Source: Catajapyx aquilonaris (Eukaryota). Taken from it: 34,532 nucleotides of DNA. Positions 1 to 10,526 of this stretch are shown here, piece by piece; position 1 is the stretch's first letter; every line of letters begins with the position of its first letter. A program made the position numbers and the translations under genes. A model generated the notes under the pieces. The model searched no databases and was not told the origin of the DNA. It worked only from the letters and a program-made list of their open reading frames with translations. The stretch covers positions 1 through 34,532 of the forward strand of contig JYFJ02004136.1 of the NCBI GenBank assembly GCA_000934665.2, written 5' to 3'.

Positions 1-1390
1 CACTTCCGAACATATCTGGACGTGGGGACACGATGACCCACCCCGGTGGAGGGCACTATCATGGTGTTGCCAAATCTAACAGACTGTGCAACATGCGCTT
101 ATATTTTGATAGGGAGCTTGCATTTGGTGACGAAGACTTGAAACTTGGTAGAATTGTTCTTTGGACACTTCCGAACATATCTGGACTTGGAGCCACGATG
201 ACCCACCTCGATGGAGGGCACTATAGCGGCGTTGCCATATCTGACAGACTATGCAACATGCGTTTATATTTTGATAGGGAGCTTGCATTCGGTGACAAAG
301 CCATAAAACTTGGTACGCTAGTTCTTTGGACACTTCCGAACATATCTGGACGTGGAGCCACGATGACCCACCCCGAGGGAGGGCACTAGAACTAACGTAC
401 CAAGTTTTATGGCTTTGTCACCGAATGCAATAAGCTCCCTATTCATATGGAGAATTCCTAGGTTGCCCCGACTATATACGGCAACGCCGCGATAGTGCCC
501 TCCCTCGGGGTGGGTCATCGTGGCTCCACGTCCAGATATGTTCTCACGTGTCCAAAGAACAATTTTACCAAGTTTCACGTCTTTGTCACCAAATGCAAGC
601 TCCATATCAAAACATAAACGCATGTTGCACAGTCTGTTAGATTTGGCAACACCATGATAGTGCCCTCCACCGGGGTGGGTCATCGTGTCCCCAGGTCCAG
701 ATATGTTCGGAAGTGTGCAAAAACTATATTTTACCGAGTTTCCCGTCTTTGTCACCGAATGCAAGCTCCCTATTCACATAGTTTACTTAGAGAGCCCATT
801 AGATCTGGCAACCCTGCGAGTGACCCCCAGCGGGGTCATCCATAGTGGCCTCACTTACAGGCATGTTCAGTAGTGTCCGAAGACCAATTGGGGCGAGTTT
901 CATGTTTTAGCAGTGTTTTATCACCGAATGCAAGGCCCATATTCATGTAAAGGTGTGCAACACATGTTCGATTTGGCAACTCCGCGATAGTGACCCCACG
1001 TCCAGATATGTTGAGATGTGTTCGAAGAACTACCGTACCGCGTTTCACGTTTTTATCACCGAATGCAAGCTCCCAATTCACATGATCCTCGCAGAGATGT
1101 ATGTTTGGTCCGTTAGATCTGGCAACCCTGCAGGTGACCCACAGCGGGGTCAGTCATCATGGCCCCACATCCAGACATGTTCAGAAGTGTCCAAAGACCA
1201 ATTGTGGCGAGTTTCATGCTTTTGTCACCCAATACAAGGTCCTAAAAAGAGGCTGCATCTGGTAGTTATGGAAACCCTGCGAAATGGACCACCACCGGGG
1301 TGGGTCATCGTGGCTCCACGTCCAGATATGATCAGAAGTGTCCAAAAGACAAGTGTACCGAGTTTCATACTTTTGTCACAAAATGCAAAG
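1..1390. repeat. ~165-bp subterminal tandem repeat array (+ orientation 1-388, - orientation 389-1390)
   Basis: CACTTCCGAACATATCTGGA recurs at 1, 166 and 331 (period 165). The same unit forms the arrays at 8580-9856 and 16378-17066. Confidence 0.92.
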
Positions 1391-1414
1391 TTCAACCCCT
1401 TAGCACCCGGACTA
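1..1414. mobile_element. Non-autonomous palindromic Academ-family derivative (left part outside the window)
   Basis: 389-1414 is an inverted copy of the 5' end of the AcademX element at 8554 and ends ...CCCCTTAGCACCCGGACTA (1414). 1-388 matches the same 5' array (~9289 onward) in + orientation. The two orientations meet at 388/389 with no coding core. Confidence 0.85.
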
Positions 1415-2046
1415 TCTCACTCTCTGTTCCAGTTGGCTTGGTTAACGGTGCAGTTGGGTCTGTACTCAGTGTTACATACCACCCCGATTAGCCACAAAAA
1501 GTTAAATCCGTAAGAATTGAATTTCCAATTGGTCAAGAATTAATACTGGTTAAAACCGATCAATAGCAAATTTCAAATTATGGCAAACGCATTCATCCAT
1601 AGGAAACAGTTCCCCTGAACAATAGCTTACGGCATCACGAGCCAGAGTTTGAGCTTAGACATTATGGGCATTAGCTCGTCACTTTTCTGTTGTGGTGAAG
1701 CGTATGTGGCCTTGTGTCAAGTCAAAAAATGGAATGGAATTCTTCTAACCAACTTTGATCCCACTCAAGTTAAATCTAACGATAAAGCCAGTTAACGGAA
1801 TATAACAGACTAAGACTTAAATTCAGGTCGGACCTTTGAAGTTTCCAATTCACTCGTTTTAAGAGCTCCTCGTCGTGGACAATACTCAAGGTGAATGCAG
1901 CGCCAATAGATCCTCGGGACAAGGACATTGGCCATACTCCGAGGCAGTTATTCTTGTTATATACACCCAACAATATTATTGACGTTGCTTTCTTCGTGTC
2001 ATTCTTTCATTCAACCTTGATTCAACCTATCAAAAAGTAGTGAGAT

Positions 2047-2790
2047 CCCACTCAAAAACGCACTTGCAAAAAAAGCGCCAAGTCTTCCGCCGAAAATAAA
2101 AAAAAACCTGTGAGATGGTGTCTGGGTGCCAAGCCTTGTCCACTCCGCCGTACAAAGTAGTGAGATCGTGGTGGACGCCAAGCCTTTCTTCGAGGCTATA
2201 AGCTAAGTGAGATGACTTGGCCGGACTTGGTTCACGGGCACGAGGAACAATGCGATACGTCGTTTAATACAATAGAAAGTAAACTTTAAACACTCATTGG
2301 TAGAGCGATTACCCAAAAATGTGACATTCGAATGGAATATTTACTTTTAACTGTCAATGGTGGAGCAGTAACAACTCCACCTTCAAATTACAAATACAGT
2401 TCCTTGATTCATTAGATGATTAGAAGAATTATAAATATACTTGGACCTCTGATTCGTATCACAGGAACTACAAAATGTCGCCTTCGAACCGCACATGATT
2501 ACAATCGCGGTTAATTAGACTTGAAAGTCGTACAGCTAAAATTGGGAGAACAGTAACTTGACCAAATTCCAGCGAACTGAACGCGTATTGTTCCTCGTGT
2601 CCGTGAACCAAGTCCGGCCAAGTCATCTCACTTAGCTTATAGCCTCGAAGAAAGGCTTGGCGTCCACCACGATCTAACGACTTTGTACGGCGGAGTGGAC
2701 AAGGTTTGGCACCCAGACACCATCTCAGAGTTTTTTTTTATTTTCGGCGGAAGACTTGGCCCTTTTTTTACGAGTGCGTTTTTGAGTGGG
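2047..2790. mobile_element. Foldback MITE with ~205-bp inverted arms (possibly CMC/EnSpm-like)
   Basis: 2047-2251 is the reverse complement of 2587-2790 (CCCACTCAAAAACGCAC...GTGCGTTTTTGAGTGGG), flanked by AT on both sides (possible 2-bp TSD). The superfamily call is inferred from the CCC termini only. Confidence 0.7.
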
Positions 2791-2793
2791 ATG

Positions 2794-2977
2794 ACATTGA
2801 AGTGTGTAATCAGTTTCTACACTTTTTCTCATCGAAAAAAAGTCCTACAGAACGGCTCTGTCCGTCCGTCCGTCTGTTGACAGGTATCAAGGCCTAAACC
2901 ATAAGAGATACAGAGCCGTTATGTAGGACTTTTTTCCGATGAGACAAAGTGTAGAAACTGATTACACACTTCAATGT
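2794..2977. repeat. 184-bp hairpin (~68-bp arms) with a (GTCC)n-containing loop
   Basis: ACATTGAAGTGTGTAATCAGTTTCTACAC... (2794) pairs with ...GTGTAGAAACTGATTACACACTTCAATGT (2977). The loop contains GTCCGTCCGTCCGTCTG. Confidence 0.8.
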
Positions 2978-3489
2978 GGTCTTATATGTGGTCGCTAATG
3001 TAATCCCATTATGAACTCAATGAAAATGTTTTTTTTTTTTTGGAACTTTAAGATGTCATAACTTTTGCAAATATCGGCCTCCGCATGAAATATTTCATTT
3101 TTGGGTATCACATATTGACCTGTATTAGCATGTTAAATTTCATCAAGATCCGTCATTATCACCCTGTGACCTTCCCTTGTGAGAATGTAAGTAGCAAAAA
3201 CTTGGTTTAACATTTTCTTCTAAAACCATTAGTGACAACATATATGTGAGGCATTCCACGTCAAGCGGCACACCTTCCGCTAAATCTTTGAGGACCTTGA
3301 CCAAAATTTTGTGACACGTACTACTCATCGACCTATGCAGGAACCCAAATTATTATACCTCTTCGTTGCGTGGTTGCGTAACTACAGGGTGTCAAATGTG
3401 CCAGTTTTTGGACATTTTTGCTACGTTCGCTGTGACTTAGATGGCCATATCTCCTAGTAGCTCAGGTAAAATGTAACATTTGATATGTG

Positions 3490-3896
3490 TGTGACAGGAT
3501 CAGCCCGAGTGGTACGAGAATGTCGCTTGTAGCTAGGTTTTTATTAGCTGCTTGGGGTAATGGGAATGAGAAAGGAGAGGAGAAAGGATAGGGTATAGGG
3601 AGAGGCCGTCCGAGGATATTGTCCTCGGAGGGATGGGCCCCGACCAGTTCCCGGGTGGTAGTACACCGGAAAAAGGCCCTGAGTGGAACTACTGGACAGG
3701 GGGTTTATATAGTCGTCCAGATGCAATGCATTGTGGGTTTAACATCAACTTGCCCCAAAAGGGAAAGTGGCATGTGCCATCTGGATGACATACAAGCGAG
3801 AAAAAAGGACTTAGAGACATAAGATAACATCACAAGTCAAATGGAAACTGGTTGATTGTGTCGAGGTCATATAATGCGCGGACAAATGCTGTCACA
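3490..3896 (-). repeat. 3' LTR (407 bp)
   Basis: Direct repeat of 6483-6885; by eye it differs by about 2 substitutions and 2 small indels. Confidence 0.93.
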
Positions 3897-4405
3897 CACC
3901 TCCACGACCAAGATGGCGGACTGCCAAAGAGGCCATAAGACATCCGAACACGGTCAACCATTTCTTACATACACATACAATATTCATGTCAATAGGTACA
4001 ACGCTGGTTATCATACACTCAACAGAAAAAAGGAAGAGTAGGTGTACCGTATCACATTTTTACACAAGGTCATCAAGTGGCGCAAAACAGAAAAATGACA
4101 TCCTCGCGAAATGGGAAATCTCAAAATAAAAGAACATATCAGCTGGGGATGCAATGTGAAAAAAAAAACAAGATAATAACAACCAGGTGGGAGATATAAG
4201 ACAAAATAAAACGTCCTTAGACTTCCTGCTCACATTAATGCAGTTCATGTGTCGATCCTGGTTGGATAACTCGTAACACAATGGGAAAAAAAGGCGCACT
4301 TGACTGACACACAAAATATCACTGAAATTCACTGAGATTCACTAAGTCCGTAAACAATGTTAGTGGGCATAAACCAAAAGGGCTTCTTTTTCTTGTCTCC
4401 AGAAC

Positions 4406-5059
4406 TTACTCGTCTGATCCTTCAGGTGACGAGTCCACCTCCACGACTTCTGGGGTTGTCATGGGTCTCTGGGCTGCTTGGCTCCCAGCGTTGGGTGGAG
4501 GCGTTGGATCTGCGGTCGACCTCACAGGGATGTAGGTCTCAGGCACGTCCCGGAAGACACGAAGGCGTACTGCAAATGACCGCCGTTCGTGTGAGGTGGT
4601 GTCTTCCCATGGTATCGTGCCGATCAGCAGTCTCCGGCCAACGTCCATGCAACACTCCCAGCGAAGGAAAAAGTCTGCTCCCAGCACCAGTGGCAGGGAT
4701 GTAGTCTCCAGTATCAGCAGCTCCTTTCGCACCATCAGTCCTCCCATTTTCAACGGCAAGATGATCCGACCAATGGGGCGGAGTATTTGATTGTCGATCA
4801 AATGGACGTTGCTTCGCTCCGTTCGGATCGGTGGGCGTTGTTCAGTCGGGATGGAATTCAGGAACTCCATGGAGATGCTGGAATGGGCAGCTTTACTGTC
4901 CAGGTATGCGATGCACCTGCGTTCCTCTAGTCGGACAGTAACAGAAAATGCTGGTATAAAACAACTCCGCATCTGTAGGCTGGCAAGGAGGGCCATGGCT
5001 TCTTCTCTAACTACTTCTGGTCGTTGGTATGGAAATGTTCTGGCAAGGCGGCTATTCAT
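4406..5059 (-). CDS. Retropepsin-like (aspartic protease fold) protein with degenerate active site, 217 aa
   Basis: CIAYLDSKAAHSSIS sits where the LxD(T/S)GA motif lies and PLVLGADFF where the ILGxDF motif lies; the catalytic Gly is replaced by Lys. Confidence 0.7.
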   Translation of the reverse strand: MNSRLARTFPYQRPEVVREEAMALLASLQMRSCFIPAFSVTVRLEERRCIAYLDSKAAHSSISMEFLNSIPTEQRPPIRTERSNVHLIDNQILRPIGRIILPLKMGGLMVRKELLILETTSLPLVLGADFFLRWECCMDVGRRLLIGTIPWEDTTSHERRSFAVRLRVFRDVPETYIPVRSTADPTPPPNAGSQAAQRPMTTPEVVEVDSSPEGSDE

Positions 5060-6461
5060 CGCTCCGGATTTATACCGCTCCCCTCTTTATCGCTACGTCA
5101 CGTGTTACTAACCCTTATCATGACCGGGTTTCTTCTCTCGAGTCATTTTACCCGCACAAAATGGGATCCAACTACGGGTACGTTTCAACCTCCAATACAT
5201 CCACACAACCGGCAAATAGACGTCACTGCCGATGGGGTATGCAAATAAGTCATATCACATGACACTCTGGGTCGAACGTCACTAGGTTTTTTCTCTCCCT
5301 CGTCACGACAGATCCAGGTATATTACCTTATAAGGATTTTCCAACGTGGTATTTATCAACCACAGCCTGGCTTATAACTGCGTGAACAAGGTCACGTGAA
5401 GCGATCACTGTCTTGAATTACGGAATGCTCAGTGTTTACAACATTCACATTCCAAACACTCTGACTGCATAATGAGGTGCGTACTCACAGTCTTCTCTTG
5501 GTGTTTGGGTACAGGAGCCACCAGGTGGTTAGGTGTCCTGTTTGGTTTTCCGTCCAGTTACATCCTTCGTACTTGGCAGCTCGTAGCAATGCTCGTACTT
5601 GGGTCGTATTTCCAATCGAGGTCACCAGGAAACACATCACAGCAGTGGTCCAACACATCGGGAAGCAGTTCCTCTCAGAGGACGGCAGGATGGGTAGTCG
5701 GTTGGCCCAATCGTGTCCATGCCGTCGCGCTAGGGGGACTTGACAATCCATACTCAGCTTCTCTGTTGTCGCTGGGTGGGTTGTTTCTTCTCGTGCAGAT
5801 CACAGAAGGTATGGTGGGTTTTCAGGGTGGTTACTCGGGGAGGAAGGAATGTCTGGCGGAAGGGGAAAGGAGGCACAGGGAAAGGAGTCCCCTAGGATGG
5901 GAAGGAATAAGGATGGGAGTACCTACGAGAGGGATGCACGTAGGAAGGGAAAAGGAAGGAGTAAGGATACTCGTAAGGAAGGTACAGTGAGTGGGTTTAC
6001 TCGCTGCGTGAGAAACAGGTCGTAGTACTTCTCCGTGGAAACGGACCTCTTCTCTGACTCTTCTCTGACTCTTCGTACAGGGGTGTACGCAGTCGCTGGT
6101 TGGCTTTCCACGTCGGCTGGCTCGTCGACTCAGGGGTGACGCCTCACGTCCGACAGGTGTGGAGCCGTGTCCAAATTCTTCTGCTCGTCCGGGGTAGGTA
6201 CGTAATGCAGGTATGAACTTTGGACAGGATGAGCGAATGTGCTCGTAAGGAAGGGAAGGGATTTGCGCTCTGGTTGAAGGATTTCTGAGTCCAGAGGCGG
6301 GAAATGGAGTAATGGGTATTCTCCAACGGTAGACGATGCACGGGGCAACGAAACCCAATTCAGGCACAGATAGCCAAATCACCATCCGCCCGTGTAGCGG
6401 GGTGACAACGGCAGCTACCAAATGCATACATAGCGACATCTCACTACTCAACTCACTTGTG

Positions 6462-6479
6462 ATCCCACTTCTGACACCA
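6462..6479 (-). promoter_or_regulatory. Primer binding site complementary to the tRNA-Leu 3' end
   Basis: The minus strand reads TGGTGTCAGAAGTGGGAT 3 nt after the 5' LTR, complementary to ...ATCCCACTTCTGACACCA of tRNA-Leu(CAA-type). Confidence 0.85.
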
Positions 6480-6482
6480 CTT

Positions 6483-6885
6483 TGTGACAGGATCAGCCCG
6501 AGTGGTACGAGAATGTCGCTTGTAGCTAGGTTTTTATTAGCTGCTTGGGGTAATGGGAATGAGAAAGGAGAGGAGAAAGGATAGGGTATAGGGAGAGGCC
6601 GTCCGAGGATATTGTCCTCGGAGGGATGGCCCCGACCAGTTCCCGGGTGGTAGTACACCGGAAAAAGGCCCTGAGTGGAACTACTGGACAGGGGGTTTAT
6701 ATAGTCGTCCAGATGCAATGCATTGTGGGTTTAACATCAACTTGCCCCAAAAGGGAACGTGGCATGTGCCATCTGGATGACATACAAGCGAGAAAAAAGG
6801 ACTTAGAGACATAAGATAACACAAGTCAAATGGAATCTGGTTGATTGTGTCGAGGTCATATAATGCGCGGACAAATGCTGTCACA
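6483..6885 (-). repeat. 5' LTR (403 bp)
   Basis: Direct repeat of 3490-3896, adjacent to the PBS. Confidence 0.93.
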
Positions 6886-8579
6886 TGTGCATTCGAAAAG
6901 TAATTTTACTCTCTATGAGATGGTCATACTCAAAATTGAAAAATCCAAAAATTAAAACTCAAAAATGGCGCCCAAAACATTGATTTTGACATTGGTCATG
7001 AATCGACCCCTACGATTTCTTTTGATTGGCACTTAAAATGATCAGGGTAATGTTTACTTCACATTTCCGAAAAATCTGGAGAACCCTTTTTCGATATTTG
7101 CCGACAATAATAACATTTTTGGTTTCAAACGCGTCCCCGTAAGTGTAGTCGCCTCATTTGGAGGACCATAACTAGGAGAAGGTCTGGTCAAATCTTATAT
7201 TTGATATGCGTATTCGGAAAGTATTTCTATGCCCCAGAAGATGGTCAGACTCAAAATGGAAAAATCCAAAAACCTTAAATCAAATATGACCGCCAATTTT
7301 TGATTTTGATATTGATCAATGTTAGACCCCTACGATTTCTTTTGAATGGCACCTAAAATGATCAGGGTAATGTTTACTAGAGATTTCCGCAAAATCTGGA
7401 GAACCCTTTTTTGATAATTGCCAAATATAAAAATATTTTCGTTGCAAGACGTGTACCGTAAATGTAGCCACCTCAATTATAAATAAAATTACTCCAAATT
7501 TGTTGAGTTAAATATTCATGTTGCACATAATGATAACTCCTGATTCTATCACTCTACATAAATATAATAAATAGCTATTTCGTCTCAGTTAACTTTGAGA
7601 TTTATTTTTAAGTATGTCACTAAAATCGGTATTTATTAATTATTATTACCAAGGTAGAGTGCTAGAATCAAGATTTCTCACGATGTGTAGCATGAATTTT
7701 TAACGCAACAAATTTGGAGTAATTTTATTTATAATTGAGGTGGCTACATTTACGGTACACGTCTCGGAACGAAAATGTTTTTAAATTTGGCAATTATCAA
7801 AAAAGGGTTCTCCAGATTTTGCGGAAATCTCTAGTAAACATTACCCTGATCATTTTAGGTGCCATTCAAAAGAAATCGTAGGGGTCTAACATTGATCAAT
7901 ATCAAAATCAAAAATTGGCGGTCATATTTGATTTAAGGTTTTTGGATTTTTCCATTTTGAGTCTGACCATCTTCTGGGGCATAGAAATACTTTCCGAATA
8001 CGCATATCAAATATAAGATTTGACCAGACCTTCTCCTAGTTATGGTCCTCCAAATGAGGCGACTACACTTACGGGGACGCGTTTGAAACCAAAAATGTTA
8101 TTATTGTCGGCAAATATCGAAAAAGGGTTCTCCAGATTTTTCGGAAATGTGAAGTAAACATTACCCTGATCATTTTAAGTGCCAATCAAAAGAAATCGTA
8201 GGGGTCGATTCATGACCAATGTCAAAATCAATGTTTTGGGCGCCATTTTTGAGTTTTAATTTATGGATTTTTCAATTTTGAGTATGACCATCTCAGAGCG
8301 TAAAATTACTCTTCGAATGCACATATCAAATGTTACATTTGACCTGACCTACTAGGAGATATTATGACCATTTAAGTCACAGCGAACGTAGCAAAAATGT
8401 CCAAAAACTGGCACATTTGACACCCTGTAGTTACGCAACCACGCAACGCAGAGGTATAATAATTTGGGTTCCTGCATAGGTCGATGAGTCGTACATGTTA
8501 CAAAATTTTGGTCAAGGTCCTCAAAGATTTAGCGGAAGGTGTGCCGCTTGACGTAGTCCGGGTGCTAAGGGGTTGAACT

Positions 8580-9856
8580 TTGCATTTTGTGACAAAAGTA
8601 TGAAACTCGGTACACTTGTCCTTTGGACACTTCTGATCATATCTGGACGTGGAGCCACGATGACCCACCCCGGTGGTGGTCAATTTAGCAGGGTTTCCAT
8701 AACTACCAGATGCAGCATCCTTTTAGGACCTTGTATTGGGTGACAAAAACATGAAACTCGCCACAATTGGTCTTTGGACACTTCTGAACATGTCTGGATG
8801 TGGGGCCATGATGACTGACCCCGCTGTGGGTCACTTGCAGGGTTGCCAAATCTAACGGACCAAACATACATCTCTGCGAGGATCATGTGAATTGGGAGCT
8901 TGCATTCGGTGATAAAAACGTGAAACGCGGTACGGTAGTTCTTCGAACACATCTCAACATATCTGGACATGGGGTCACGGTGAGTGACCCCTGGTGGCCT
9001 CGCCAGGGGTCACTATCGCGGAGTTGCCAAATCGAACATGTGTTGCACACCTTTACATGAATAAGGGCCTTGCATTCGGTGATAAAACACTGATAAAACA
9101 CGAAACTCGCCCCAATTGGTCTTTGGACACTACTGAACATGTCTGGCAGTGAGGCCACTATGGATGACCCCGCTGGGGGTCACTCGCAGGGTTTCCAGAT
9201 CTAATGGGCTCTCTAAGTAAACTATGTGAATAGGCAGCTTGCATTCGGTGACGAAGACGTGAAACTCGCTACAATAGAGTTCCTTGCACACTTCCGAACA
9301 TATCTGGACGTGGGGACACGATGACCCACCCCGGTGGAGGGCACTATCATGGTGTTGCCAAATGTAACAGACTGTGCAACATGCGTTTATATTTTGATAG
9401 GGAGCTTGCATTTGGTGACAAAGACGTGAAACTTGGTAGAATTGTTCTTTGGACACGTCCGAACATATCTGGACGTGGAGCCACGATGACCCACCCCGAG
9501 GGAGGGCACTGTCGCAGGGTTGCCATATCTAACAGAATGTGCAACATGTGTTTATTTTTGAATAATGAGCTTGCATTCGGTGACAAAGCCATAAAACTTG
9601 GTACGTTAGTTCTTTGCACACTTCCGAACATATCTGGACGTGGGGCCACGATGACCCACCCCGAGGGAGGGCACTATCGCGGCGTTGCCATATATAGTCG
9701 GAGCAACCTAGTCTGACTCCATATGTATAGGGAGCTTGCATTCGGTGACAAAGCCATAAAACTTGGTACGTTAGTTCTTTGGACACTCCCGAACATATCT
9801 GGACGTGGAGCCACGATGACCCACCCCGAGGGAGGGCACTATAGCGGCGTTGCATA
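8580..9856 (+). repeat. AcademX 5' subterminal array of ~165-bp units (about 8 units)
   Basis: Repeating ...GGACACTTCCGAACATATCTGGACGTGG...GCATTCGGTGACAAA... units. Confidence 0.9.
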
Positions 9857-10526
9857 AAACTTGCTGTTCCTTGTCTTTGCAATAATGAGCCATTGTTTGG
9901 AACATTCCTGTTGCCATTCAGGTTCCATATTACCTGTTTAGAATACAGAATCGAAGCGGAAATATTCCAAGTCGAACACCTCGGACATATTGAGGAGAAC
10001 TCAGAAGAGGACCAAGTGGTGGTAACAGTTCCTGGCCGGTACCACCACGTCTGAACACTCCTACCGTGGCTCAACAATGGGATATCCTGTGAGAAGAACA
10101 TGAAGCTGAGACTGAGACTGATGAGCTACTTAGATTTGGTGACGTGAAGAAAACGTCTCTTCTAGTAAGTTTTCATTTCGTACATGTACACTCGATCTTA
10201 TTCTGTCGATTATGGATGATGTTTTCGTGGGTATGCGGTGAGATATTCTAGTATTATGGAACCTCGTACTTCGAACTTCAAACGTTCTAGAATTCGAACG
10301 CTAAATTCCAGAGAAATTCATTCCGGAGTTCCAACGAACAATTCGGAATTTGGAACAGCCTCCTGAAGAGAATTAAGTTCGGAGTGCGAGGTACCACCTT
10401 TTTTTCTCTCCGGCGTTCTTTCACACGCGATCTCAGATGATGGAACCGTTCTTGCCATAGGTGGTGGTAAATACCTTCTGCTTCTGGCACTGTGCGGTTC
10501 TCGCCGGTCTCATTTATTGATGAAGC

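Larger units (their letters stand above)
3490..6885 (-). mobile_element. Non-autonomous Ty3/Gypsy-type LTR retroelement
   Basis: Two near-identical LTRs with TGTGACAG...CTGTCACA ends and 4-bp TSD TGTG (3486-3489, 6886-6889); the empty site is visible in the opposite Sola arm (~8315-8330). tRNA-Leu PBS on the minus strand. No RT, RNase H or integrase ORF in the 2.6-kb interior. Confidence 0.9.

Noticed and set aside
33..1513. Repetitive ORFs (MTHPxGGHY...) in the 165-bp arrays, also at 8498-9716 and 16370-16993
   Set aside because: The unit length is a multiple of 3, so frames recur. ORFs occur on both strands, break at different places in each array and show no domain motif.
6462..6479. tRNA-Leu gene
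   Set aside because: Only the 18-nt 3' end including CCA is present, adjacent to an LTR; this is a PBS.
5831..6718. 295-aa minus-strand ORF as gag
   Set aside because: It starts inside the LTR, crosses the PBS and has no capsid or zinc-knuckle motif that I can recognise.
8580..9856. CRISPR-like appearance of conserved blocks with variable intervals
   Set aside because: The intervals are homologous to one another rather than unique spacers, the period is 165 bp, the context is eukaryotic and there are no cas genes.
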